DNA from: an uncultured Chloroflexia bacterium
Lineage (GTDB): Bacteria > Chloroflexota > Limnocylindria > Limnocylindrales > CSP1-4
Direction: 5' to 3'
Length of the DNA: 64,000 bases
Assembly: GCA_963828165.1 (NCBI GenBank)
Contig: CAWHDR010000001.1
Location: 2,496,001 to 2,560,000, forward strand
Shown: one piece after another, positions 28,422 to 37,740 of the stretch
Numbering within the stretch: the stretch's first letter is position 1
Layout: each line of letters starts with the position of its first letter
Program-made: the position numbers and the translations under genes
The notes under the pieces: generated by a model
Seen by the model: only the letters and a program-made list of their open reading frames with translations
The model's database searches: none
What the model was told of the DNA's origin: nothing

Positions 28422-29426
28422 CCGAGGTCCTGGAGCAGCTCCGCGAGCATCAGGGCATTCGTCGCGCCGTAGTTGGCGTAGCAGTTGTTGAAGAGGACGT
28501 GGGTTTGCTTCGCCTGTCCGGCGGCTTCGCGTACGCGCGGCACCCACTCCTCGAGCTCATCCTCGTCGTACAGGTAGCGGAAGCGCTCGACGGTCTTGAT
28601 GCCGGGCTTCTCCCAGGTCTCGGTGCGGCGGCCGTGGAAGCGCACCAGCGCGAGTTCCGGTGATGTCGCGGCGACGATCGGCGGCACGCTCGACTTGAAG
28701 CCCTGCGGCCCATCGACCATCACCATCGGGATCTCGCGGTCGCCGAGGAACTTGAGCGTGCGCTCGATGTTCTTGTCGTTGAACCACGAGGCGCTGCGGA
28801 ACTCGACGGCCGGCGTCATCCCGACATCCCGCAGCCGGGCGACCAATTCCTCGATCGTGTCGCGGTTCTCCGACGAGGTGAAGAACCAGCGCGGGTACTG
28901 GAGCAGGATCGAGCCGAGCTGTCCGGCCTCCTGGAGGGGCTCGAGTCCGTCGGCGAACCAGGCCCACACGTCGTCCTTGAGCGCGTCGGGCAGGTCCTTG
29001 GCATAGATCCGCGCCTTTTCGGCGACTTCGCCGGGCAGGGCCTCGCGCAGGTCCCTGGGGAGGCGCTTCGTCTCGGTCGGCTGGCCGGTCATCAGGGCAT
29101 GCGCCTTGATGTCGAAGGTGAAGTCGGGCGGCGTGCGCTCGACCCACAGCTCCGAGGTGCGCCGAACCGGCAGCGAGTAGTAGGTCGCGTCGACCTCGAC
29201 CAACGGGAAGCGCGACGCATAGAACTGGAGCCGCTCTTCTGCGGAGTCGGCGCCCGCGGGGTAGAAGACCCCGGAAGCCGTCATCGTGGGATCGGTCCAC
29301 GACGCCGTCCCGATGCGAATCGCACCGCCGCCCTTGATCTCCAGCGGGGTTCGCGGCGATGTCCGACGGCCCGTCGAAGGTCGCCGCGGCGGCGTCCGGG
29401 CCGGGATCGTGGGCGTTGTCGGTCAT
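28418..29426 (-). CDS. DUF72 domain protein; probable +1 frameshift near 29347
   Basis: IGTASWTD, VEVDATYY, LLQYP, VEFR, RFHGR, YLYD, FNN. Confidence 0.85.
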
Positions 29427-29498
29427 GCCCGCAGGGTACCCGGCCGGACGCCAGGAGTCGTCACCGTGACTCGGCGCGAGACCGTCTACGATGCGTCC

Positions 29499-29774
29499 GT
29501 GGACGACGACGACCGCAGCCTCGATCTCCACCTGGAGATCGCCGATGAGGAGGAGTTCGAGGAGCTGGAGCGCGCCCTGCTGAAGGCCCGGGCGACCGAG
29601 CTCGGCGAGGTCCGCCGGCGCGATATCCGGCTGACGGCTGGGTACGGCGACGCGACCACCCGCGACGTGCTCGACGATGAAAGCCGCCGAGCCCGGATCC
29701 GTTACGACGTCCTGGGCAAGCTGCTCGATGCGCTCCGCTCGGGCCGCGGGACCGGGCGAGACAAGGGCGCCTGA
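29499..29774 (+). CDS. Small hypothetical protein
   Basis: GC3-biased 91-aa ORF; TACGAT 6 nt before GTG. Confidence 0.55.
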   Translation: MDDDDRSLDLHLEIADEEEFEELERALLKARATELGEVRRRDIRLTAGYGDATTRDVLDDESRRARIRYDVLGKLLDALRSGRGTGRDKGA

Positions 29775-29798
29775 CCGGCCCCGAACCCGGACGCTCGG

Positions 29799-31209
29799 TC
29801 AGCTGCCCGCCGCGACGCCCCGATCCGCGGTCCTGACGGCCCGTGCGGGCAGGAACAGCGATGCGATCGTGACCCCGACCGCGACGGCCGCGAGCAGCCC
29901 GAAGCCCGTCGACACCCCTGCCGGCCGTGACGGTCCCGCCAAGGACCGCCCCGGCGAGCGTCGCCCCGATGGCCCCGCCGATGTATCGGCCGGTCAGGTA
30001 CGTGCCGGCGGCCATCCCCACTCGTTCCGGTTCGATCGCTTCGAGCGCTGCCGCCTGCCGAGGCGCACCCGCCAGCCCCATCCCGAACCCGACCAGCGCC
30101 AGCACCAGGCCCAGGAGGAGCGCGGTGGCCTCGGGCGCGACGAGCCATAGGACCGCCAGCCCGACGACGCACGTCAGCATGCCCATCACGGCGGGCCGGC
30201 GGCGCCCGACGGCATCGGACATCCGACCGCCGATGGGAGCCGCGATCGCGCCAAGCGCGGAGATGCCGAGCAACACGATGCCGCTCGTCTGGGCGTTCCC
30301 CGCCTGGAGCTCCTCGACGAGCAGCGGCACGAGGACCAGGGTGCCGTGGAGGATCACGGTCGCCCCGAACACCCCGACCACCGCCGCCGAGAACGACCGC
30401 GAGGCGAACAGCTTTGGATCGACCGCCGGGTGCTCGGTCCGACGCTCGATCAGCACGAAGATCGCCAGGAGCAGGGCCGCCGCGGCGACCGCGAGGAGCG
30501 GCGAGCCACCGCTCTCCAGCTCGCGCAGTCCGAGGAGCAGCGACATCAGGAACCCGGCAAGGAGGCCCAGTCCGGGAAGATCGATCGGTCGTGGCGTCCC
30601 TCGGATCTTCACGGCCCTGGGTCGCGCGAGTGCGCCCACCGCGACCGCCGCGAGCAGTGCCACGGGCACCGCCACGATGAAGATCCACCGCCAGCCGAGG
30701 CCGGCGACCAGGAGGCCGCCGACGAGCGGGCCGACGGCCGCGCTCGTGGACACCAGCATGTCGAACAACCCGAACGCCGAGCCTCGTCGATCGGGCGGTG
30801 CCATCTCGCGCAGCAGCGCCACGGAGCTCGTCGAGACGAGTGCCCCGGTGACGGCCTGGAGCACCCGCGACAGCGCGAGCAGTTCGAAGGACATGGCCGT
30901 GGCCGCGAGCGCCGAGGCCAGCGCGAAGGCGCCTACGCCGAAAAGGAACACGCGTCGATGGCCGAATCGGTCCCCGAGGCTGCCGCTCGCCGGCAGCGCG
31001 ATCGCGACCGCGCCGAGGTACAGCGTGACGAGGGAGGCGACCGTGGCCGCGCCCACCCCGAACTCGTCCATCACGCTGGGAAGCGCGACCGCGAGCATCG
31101 TGGAGTTGAGGGGCACCAGGATCGCCCCGGACGCCAGTCCGAGCATCGCGCCGGTGATCAGGCGGGCCTGACCGCCCGCCGGGGCCGTCTCCTCAGCGCC
31201 CCCGGTCAC
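29799..31209 (-). CDS. MFS transporter (DHA2/EmrB-QacA-like); +1 frameshift near 29920
   Basis: LNSTMLAVALP, GSLGDRFGHRR, GPLVGGLL, WRWIF; the last TM continues in another frame. Confidence 0.85.
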
Positions 31210-32816
31210 AACAGCCGGACGTAGCCCGTCGTCCCGTCCAGCTCGAGCTGCTGACCGTCGGCGATCCGTGTCGTGGCATCGCCCGTGCCGACGACCGCGG
31301 GAAGATCGAACTCGCGTGCCACGACGGCCGCGTGGGAGAGGACGCCGCCGGTGTTCGTCACGAGACCACCGGCGATCGAGAAGAGCGGCACCCACGACGG
31401 GTTCGACGAGGGCGCCACGATGATGTCCCCTGGCTGCACGCGGGCGAAATCCTGGGGCCCCAACACGATCCGTGCCGGCCCCCGGGCGAGGCCGGCGGAG
31501 GCACCGGTCCCGCGCACGATCGCCTCGTCCTCCTTCGCGAAGCGCTCCCCGCCGAATCGTCCGGACGATCCCTCGTCGGAGGGCTTCCCGATCCTGGACG
31601 GCGGCGTGTAGTTCCGCCAATGGTCGTGCTCGTCCTTCCGCGCGGAGACGATCCCTCGTCGGTCCTCGGGTTCGCGCAGGAGATCGGGTATCTCGGCGCG
31701 GCGAAGGAAGAGCACGTCATCCGTTCGCTCGATGACACCGGCCTCCGCGAGCCGAGCCCCGACCCGCATCACGAAGGTTCGCAGCCGGGCCTGCGCCATC
31801 CGATCGATCCAGTAGTTGTGCGTTTCCGTGATGGGCCCGATCTGACGAGCGAGGCCCAGCAGCCGTTCGAATTCCGCGAGTTGGTCGGGCTGATCGGAGA
31901 GTCGCGTCCGGACGCCGTCCGCGAGCGCGTCGGCCTCACGCGCCAGACGCGCCGCGCGCGTGACGGCGGGCTCGACCGGGTGCTCGAGCCGCTTGGCGAC
32001 CTCGGCCAGGAGCATCTCGGGCTCCTCTCCCCACGATGCCAGCGCCAGGTCGTCGAACCCCTGGCCGAGGTGGCCGTGTTCGACGAGGAATGAGCGCAGC
32101 TCGGAGACGAACGCGTCCCCGCCCGGCAACTCCGCCAGCTGCTCCGGGCTCGGTGCCGGGGTGGCCCGCACGGCGCTCGCGAGGTCCGGGGACGCCGCCG
32201 CGAGCTCGGTCAGGCGGCCGAGGCCGGCATCGACACTGACCAGTTCGTGGATCGTGCCCTGGATCAGCTTCAGGGCCTCGCCCGGATGCGGCTTCTCCAC
32301 CACCGATTCGTAGAAGTCCGCGAGGTCGTCCATGACCTGGTACGGGCCGGTGATCGCGTAGAAGTGGATCGCCCATGCCCGCTGAACGCGTTCCCACACC
32401 TCGTCCCATGCGGCGGCGAGCTCTCCGGCCGTCAGCCGCTCGACCTCGATGGCGGCGATCCCGTCGTACAGCTCGCGCAGCTCCGGGACGGCCCGTTCCC
32501 AGTATTCGACGCCGAGCGGCGTATGCGTCCGGCACGAGGCGACGTACTGCTCGACGATGGCCTCGTGCTCCGATTCCGGACCGAGCGGGAGCCACGAGAA
32601 GTACAGGTACCCGTTGACGACCTGGGCACGCATGCTGATGGGGACCTCGAGCCGCTCGTAGCGGTAGCCGAACCCGTTCCCGATGAGACCCACGTAGTCC
32701 TGCGACAACGGGACCAGGCAGAAGGGCGAGTGCATCTCGTCGCGTCGCCACGACCGCTCGACGTCGCTCGGGTCGGACCACGCGATCGGAAAGGACGTGG
32801 TGACGGACGCGTTCAT
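31206..32816 (-). CDS. PEP-utilizing enzyme mobile-domain protein (Rph-like substrate domain plus His swivel, no ATP-grasp)
   Basis: FLVEHGH; GTGASAG; TGGVLSHAAVVAREFDLPAVVG. Confidence 0.85.
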   Translation of the reverse strand: MNASVTTSFPIAWSDPSDVERSWRRDEMHSPFCLVPLSQDYVGLIGNGFGYRYERLEVPISMRAQVVNGYLYFSWLPLGPESEHEAIVEQYVASCRTHTPLGVEYWERAVPELRELYDGIAAIEVERLTAGELAAAWDEVWERVQRAWAIHFYAITGPYQVMDDLADFYESVVEKPHPGEALKLIQGTIHELVSVDAGLGRLTELAAASPDLASAVRATPAPSPEQLAELPGGDAFVSELRSFLVEHGHLGQGFDDLALASWGEEPEMLLAEVAKRLEHPVEPAVTRAARLAREADALADGVRTRLSDQPDQLAEFERLLGLARQIGPITETHNYWIDRMAQARLRTFVMRVGARLAEAGVIERTDDVLFLRRAEIPDLLREPEDRRGIVSARKDEHDHWRNYTPPSRIGKPSDEGSSGRFGGERFAKEDEAIVRGTGASAGLARGPARIVLGPQDFARVQPGDIIVAPSSNPSWVPLFSIAGGLVTNTGGVLSHAAVVAREFDLPAVVGTGDATTRIADGQQLELDGTTGYVRLL

Positions 32817-32930
32817 GCTCGGACAGGCGCTCCTGCGGGCTCGGACCGACAGAGTTCGCGACAGTCTAGCAACCGCCCATGGCCGCATCGGTATCCTGAC
32901 GACCTAGCCCACGAGCCATGGGGACGCACG

Positions 32931-34001
32931 ATGACCCGGAACCTGCTGCTGGTCGGAACCTCGAAGGGAGCCTTCATCCTCGACGGCGACGCGTCGAGGC
33001 GGTCGTGGTCGCTGCGCGGCCCGCTGTGCAATGGATGGCCCGTCCACGACCTGTCCGTCGACCCGGCCGATGGAGCCATCCTCGCTGCAGGCGGATCGGC
33101 CTGGTATGGGCCGGCGGTCTTCCGGAGCGAGGACCTCGGGTCGACCTGGACCCACTCATCGGAAGGGCTGACCTACGGTGACGACGGCCCGAAGATCCCG
33201 ACGATGTGGAATGTCACCGCTGCGCACGGCTCGATCTGGGCCGGCGCCGAGCCCGCGGGTCTCTTCCGCAGTGACGACCGTGGTGCGACCTGGTCACACG
33301 TCTCGGGGCTGCGCGATCACCCGAGCCGTCCCGGCTGGGAACCCGGCGCCGGCGGCCTCATCTGCCACACGATCGTCCCGCACCCGGAGGACGGGACGCG
33401 GATGTGGGTCGCCATCAGCGCGGTCGGGACGTTCGCCACGGAGGATGGTGGCGCGACGTGGGAGGCACGGAACCGCGGGGTCGCGGCCTGCTTCGCGCCC
33501 GATCCGTACCCGGAGACCGGCCAGTGCGTGCACAAGCTCGTGATGGCCGCCGGCGAACCCGACAGCCTCTATCAGCAGAACCATTGCGGCGTGTACCGCT
33601 CGTCCGACGGCGGTCGGAGCTGGGAGGATGTCAGCAAGGGCCTCGTGTCCGAGTTCGGGTTCGTCATGGGTGCGCATCCGCGCGACCCGGCCACCAGCTG
33701 GGTGATCCCACTGACCCATCCGGAGGAGGGTCGGCTATCGCCCGACGGCGCACTCGCGGTCTGGCGGACACGCGATCGCGGCGATACCTGGGAGCGTCAC
33801 GGCGAAGGACTGCCGCAGAAGGACGCCTTCGTCGGCGTCCTGCGCGAGGCGCTCGCGGTCGACCGGCACGACCCGGCCGGCGTCTACTTCGGGACGAGCA
33901 CGGGGCAGCTCTACGGCTCGATCGACGAAGGGGTCAGCTGGTCGCTCGTGGCTGACCACCTGCCGCCGATCTGGGGCGTCGAGGCGGTCGCGCTCGACTG
34001 A
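32931..34001 (+). CDS. BNR/Asp-box beta-propeller protein (sialidase-like)
   Basis: Repeated SxDxGxTW motifs; QQNHCGVYRS; VYFGTSTGQLY. Confidence 0.85.
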   Translation: MTRNLLLVGTSKGAFILDGDASRRSWSLRGPLCNGWPVHDLSVDPADGAILAAGGSAWYGPAVFRSEDLGSTWTHSSEGLTYGDDGPKIPTMWNVTAAHGSIWAGAEPAGLFRSDDRGATWSHVSGLRDHPSRPGWEPGAGGLICHTIVPHPEDGTRMWVAISAVGTFATEDGGATWEARNRGVAACFAPDPYPETGQCVHKLVMAAGEPDSLYQQNHCGVYRSSDGGRSWEDVSKGLVSEFGFVMGAHPRDPATSWVIPLTHPEEGRLSPDGALAVWRTRDRGDTWERHGEGLPQKDAFVGVLREALAVDRHDPAGVYFGTSTGQLYGSIDEGVSWSLVADHLPPIWGVEAVALD

Positions 34002-34006
34002 CCGCC

Positions 34007-34291
34007 ATGGCCACCATCATCCTGCCCCGATCGCTCATCGCGCTGTTCCCGGCGGCACCGCGACGCTGCGACGTCGACGCGACGACGGTCGCCGAGGCGA
34101 TCGATCGGCTGGACGAGCTGGCGCCCGGGATGCGCAACCGCATCGTCGATGCGGGGCCCGCGATCCGCGAGCACATCAAGGTGTTCGTCGATCAGCAGCC
34201 CGCGACGCTTGGGACCTCATTGCGCCCGGATTCGACGCTCCACGTGATCCCGGCGGTCTCGGGAGGTCAGGCGACGGGGCGCTCCGCCTGA
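34007..34291 (+). CDS. MoaD/ThiS-family ubiquitin-like protein with a C-terminal extension
   Basis: TVAEAIDRLDELAPG...VIPAVSGG followed by QATGRSA. Confidence 0.8.
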   Translation: MATIILPRSLIALFPAAPRRCDVDATTVAEAIDRLDELAPGMRNRIVDAGPAIREHIKVFVDQQPATLGTSLRPDSTLHVIPAVSGGQATGRSA

Positions 34292-34461
34292 TACTCCTGC
34301 GGATGACCCGACCGATCCTTGTCGACGGTCGCGGTGACGATCTCGAAGGTCTTCTCGACGCTGTTGCCGTTCTCCTTCGCGGCTCGCTCCACGTCCTCGA
34401 AGGTGATGTTGGACTCGCCCATCTCCCGATGCGCATCCATGCAACCGCAGGTCAGACACAT
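34267..34461 (-). CDS. Small CxxCxC..H protein, putatively metal-binding
   Basis: MCLTCGCMDAH; AGGAG RBS. Confidence 0.7.
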   Translation of the reverse strand: MCLTCGCMDAHREMGESNITFEDVERAAKENGNSVEKTFEIVTATVDKDRSGHPQEYQAERPVA

Positions 34462-34577
34462 GGCGTGATCTCCTCTCGATGACGGCACGAGCGGGCTTTC
34501 GATGCCGCCGTGCCGCGTCGATCATCGATAACGGACCGTTGCAACCGCATCAAACGTGCTGCACGGCCAGCAGCGGA

Positions 34578-35459
34578 TCACGACACGCCTCGAATATCGA
34601 GCACCCGCCCCCAATGGAAGACGCGGACGGCCACGAGCACCCCGAACGCGGCGAGCACCAGGATCGCTGCCGCGGCGATCGACTGGTCCAGGTCTCCGCC
34701 CTGGAACTCCGAGTAGACCACCAGCGGCAGCGTCTGCGTCCGGCCTTGGACGTTGCCCGCGAACATGATCGTTGCGCCGAACTCGCCGAGAGCGCGGGCC
34801 CAGGTCATGACCAGGCCGGCAGCAAGGGCGCCACTCGCCAGTGGCACGGTGATCGATCGGAACAGCTGACGCTCGGACGCGCCGTCGACGCGGGCGGCGT
34901 CCTCGAGGTCGCGGTCGACGCCGGCGATGCCGGTTCGAGCCGAGCGGACGAAGAACGGCGCCGACACGAAGATCTGCGCCAGGATCACCGCGATGGTCGT
35001 GAATGGCACCGAGATCCCGAGGAGCTCGAAGGGCTCGGACAAGAGGCCACGACGACCGAACACCAGGAGCAGCGCGAGGCCCGCCACGGACGGCGGCAGC
35101 ACGATCGGCAGGTCGACGATCGCCTCCAGCCAGCCCTTGCCCCGGAACTGGCGTCGGGCGAGGACGATCGCGAGCGGCAACCCGAGGGCGACCGTGACCA
35201 CCAGGCTGATGGCCGTGGTGACCAGGCTCAGACCCAGGGCCTCGAGGACGACGGGCGAGGCGATGGCGACCCGCAGGGATCCATCGAGGATCGCCCGCGC
35301 GAGGAGGGCGAGGACCGGGAGCCCGAGAAACAGCGCGAAGAGCGCGGCCAGGGCAGCGATCGAGCGCTCGCCCCAGCCCGATCGGATCGTGGCCGGCCGC
35401 GATCGACCAGCCGCGTCCCCAGCACTCCCGGTCGGCCCCCCGGCGAGATGTTCGATCAC
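34578..35459 (-). CDS. modB: Molybdate ABC transporter permease
   Basis: DLPIVLPPSVAGLALL, WARALGEFGATIMFAGN, TQTLPL. Confidence 0.92.
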   Translation of the reverse strand: MIEHLAGGPTGSAGDAAGRSRPATIRSGWGERSIAALAALFALFLGLPVLALLARAILDGSLRVAIASPVVLEALGLSLVTTAISLVVTVALGLPLAIVLARRQFRGKGWLEAIVDLPIVLPPSVAGLALLLVFGRRGLLSEPFELLGISVPFTTIAVILAQIFVSAPFFVRSARTGIAGVDRDLEDAARVDGASERQLFRSITVPLASGALAAGLVMTWARALGEFGATIMFAGNVQGRTQTLPLVVYSEFQGGDLDQSIAAAAILVLAAFGVLVAVRVFHWGRVLDIRGVS

Positions 35460-36262
35460 GACGCCGGCGGCAGGAACCCGAGACCCGACAGGACGGCCCG
35501 CCCGTCGGGACCGGCGAACCAGTCGAGGAAGGCCCTGGCGGCAGCGGCCTTCTTGGACGCCTTGACGACGACACCGTCATACGTTGCGGGCACGTTCGCG
35601 GATTCCGGCACCTCGATCGGCGCGACCTTGTTGGACGCCTTCGCGTCGGTGACGTAGACGATGCCTGCGTCTCCCTCGCCGAGTTCGATCTTGACGACGA
35701 CCGCCTTCACGTTGTCCTCCTTGGACACGACGTTCGCGGCATAGGCCGCGGCGAAATCGGCGGGGTAGCCAGGTTCCCGGGCGAGGTTGTCGACGAGCGC
35801 GGTGGCGTATTTGGTGATCGGCACCTCGTCACCCGCGGCGATGACCTTGATGCCCGACTTCGCCAGGTCCACCGGCGTGGTGACCCCGGCGGGGTTGGAG
35901 GCCGGCACGATGATCGTCAACTCGTTCGAGGCGAAGGTGACGGGGTCACCCTCGGCAAGGCCCTTGTCGACGAGTCTCTGGGGATTCGTCGTGTCGGCCG
36001 ACAGGAATACGTCGGCGGGTGCTCCCTGCTCGATCTGCGTTTCCAGGGCGGATGACGAATCGGTCGAGATCGTGAGCGTCGTGCCGGGGTTGGCCGCCTC
36101 GTAGGCGACCTGGGCTGCCTCCACGGCGCCCTTGAGCGAAGCCGCCGCGTACACGGTCAATTCCCCACCGGCCGCGGACGGAGCAGGCGACACGTCGGCG
36201 CTCGTACAGGCCGCGAGAACCACAGCGATGATCGAGAACGTGATCGCCCGGCGCGACCTCAC
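35456..36262 (-). CDS. modA: Molybdate ABC transporter substrate-binding lipoprotein
   Basis: AAASL, SS.L..QIEQGAPADVFLSA, GEGDAGIVYVTDA. Confidence 0.92.
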   Translation of the reverse strand: MRSRRAITFSIIAVVLAACTSADVSPAPSAAGGELTVYAAASLKGAVEAAQVAYEAANPGTTLTISTDSSSALETQIEQGAPADVFLSADTTNPQRLVDKGLAEGDPVTFASNELTIIVPASNPAGVTTPVDLAKSGIKVIAAGDEVPITKYATALVDNLAREPGYPADFAAAYAANVVSKEDNVKAVVVKIELGEGDAGIVYVTDAKASNKVAPIEVPESANVPATYDGVVVKASKKAAAARAFLDWFAGPDGRAVLSGLGFLPPAS

Positions 36263-36696
36263 CCCCGTGACTCCCTGGCCGAGGGGATCTCCACGATGAC
36301 ATTGGTGGCTTTCACGACGCAGACCGCCTCGTCGCCGACCTTGAGGCCCATCTCCTCGACCGCCTCGGCCGTCATGAGGCTGACCATCCGGTGGGGGCCC
36401 GCGACGACCTCGACGACCGCCGCGACGCGGTCGGCCTCGATCCGGGTGACGATCCCCGGGAAGCGGTTCCGGGCCGATTGGGCGACGATCGGTCGATCGG
36501 TCGATGCCTTGCGGCGCTCGTCGAGGAGCCGGCTGACGTCTTCGAGGTCGACCAGCCGCTGGCCGCCCTCGGATCGCTCCATCCGGAGTCGACCGTCGGC
36601 CTCCCAGCGACGCAGCGTCTCGACCGACACGCCGAGCATCTCGGCCGCCTGACCCACCCGTAGGCGCGCATCTGGACGATCATTCGTTTTCGCCAT
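36259..36696 (-). CDS. MerR/excisionase-type HTH plus TOBE molybdate-binding regulator
   Basis: AAEMLGVSVETLRRWE; SARNRF...VVKATNV Mop motif. Confidence 0.88.
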   Translation of the reverse strand: MAKTNDRPDARLRVGQAAEMLGVSVETLRRWEADGRLRMERSEGGQRLVDLEDVSRLLDERRKASTDRPIVAQSARNRFPGIVTRIEADRVAAVVEVVAGPHRMVSLMTAEAVEEMGLKVGDEAVCVVKATNVIVEIPSARESRG

Positions 36697-36891
36697 ACCG
36701 CGGAGTATCGTCGAAAAGAACCATCTGTGTCTAGGTTTTGCGCGCTCCTGTTGAGGAATGTCCCGGCGACGATCGACCGATCAAGATCTCGGGCGCGTCG
36801 CCTTGGCATCCCTTTCCAGACGCGTTCAGGCCAACATCGACCCTAGACTGGTCGTCACGCGAACCGTCTTGATGCCCCGGAGGGAGATGCC

Positions 36892-37452
36892 TTGGTTTCC
36901 AGAACGGTGACCTATCTCGATGCGCAAGGGCGATATGTGGGAGCGAACCCGGATCCTCGGGACATGGGTGCCGAGGCGACGACACTCCTTGGCTTCCTGG
37001 AGCGCCAGCGAGCGACGACCGCCTGGAAATGCGGCGGACTCGATGCCGACCAGTTACGGGCGACGCTCGGCTCCTCTTCGATGACCCTTGGCGGGGTGCT
37101 CAAACACCTGGCCCGCTTCGAGGACGACATGTCGGCTGAGTGGCTCAACGGGCAACCCCAGCGGCCGCCGTGGAATGCGGTGGACTGGGCCGCAGAACAC
37201 GACTGGGACTGGCGTACCGCAGCCGAGGACAGTCCCGAGCAGCTCTACGGCCGCTGGCAGGAAGCGGTGAACCGCTCCCGCGACCAGTTCGCCGAGGCGA
37301 TGGCCGATCGAGATGCAGCGCGCCCAGCGGAGGCGCCGAGCATCCCCTACATCCTGATCAACATGATCGAGGAATACGCGCGGCACAACGGCCATGCCGA
37401 CCTGATCCGAGAGTCGGTGGATGGTCTCGTGGGGCATGACCCGCCGGGCTGA
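36892..37452 (+). CDS. DinB family (DUF664) protein
   Basis: FLERQR, SMTLGGVLKHLA, EEYARHNGHADLIRE. Confidence 0.88.
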   Translation: MVSRTVTYLDAQGRYVGANPDPRDMGAEATTLLGFLERQRATTAWKCGGLDADQLRATLGSSSMTLGGVLKHLARFEDDMSAEWLNGQPQRPPWNAVDWAAEHDWDWRTAAEDSPEQLYGRWQEAVNRSRDQFAEAMADRDAARPAEAPSIPYILINMIEEYARHNGHADLIRESVDGLVGHDPPG

Positions 37453-37489
37453 GCCGGCACGGCGTGGTGACGCTTCTCTTCACCTCCAT

Positions 37490-37582
37490 GATGCCACCCG
37501 GCTGATCCGGGACGGGCAGCGGATCCGCGTCCATGGAACGGACGGATACGTCGAGACCCTGCCCGACGTCGATACACCCTAG
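37490..37582 (+). pseudogene. 3'-terminal remnant of an rph/PEP-synthase-like gene
   Basis: Translates as DATRLIRDGQRIRVHGTDGYVETLP, the typical end of the PEP-utilizer swivel domain; no nearby in-frame start. Confidence 0.65.
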
Positions 37583-37587
37583 GGGTA

Positions 37588-37664
37588 TTGACACAGGGTT
37601 GACAGATCGGCGCCAAAAGGAGCACAATATGGCTCTACCGGGCTTGTCAAGACTTGACAGGCCC
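37588..37664 (+). promoter_or_regulatory. dnaG-rpoD promoter region with repeated TTGACA and a 25-bp dyad
   Basis: TTGACA at 37588 and 37599, CACAAT at 37623; gggcttgtcaag-a-cttgacaggccc at 37640-37664. Confidence 0.6.
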
Positions 37665-37740
37665 ACAGGTGTGTTCGGGACCTGGCGAGGGGCCCTGACG
37701 CGAGATCTGAACGGCGCCGACTGGTCCTCGGCGCGAAGGA

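Noticed and set aside
36697-36891. Moco riboswitch upstream of the mod operon
   Set aside because: The promoter abuts the start codon, leaving no leader, and no recognisable motif was seen
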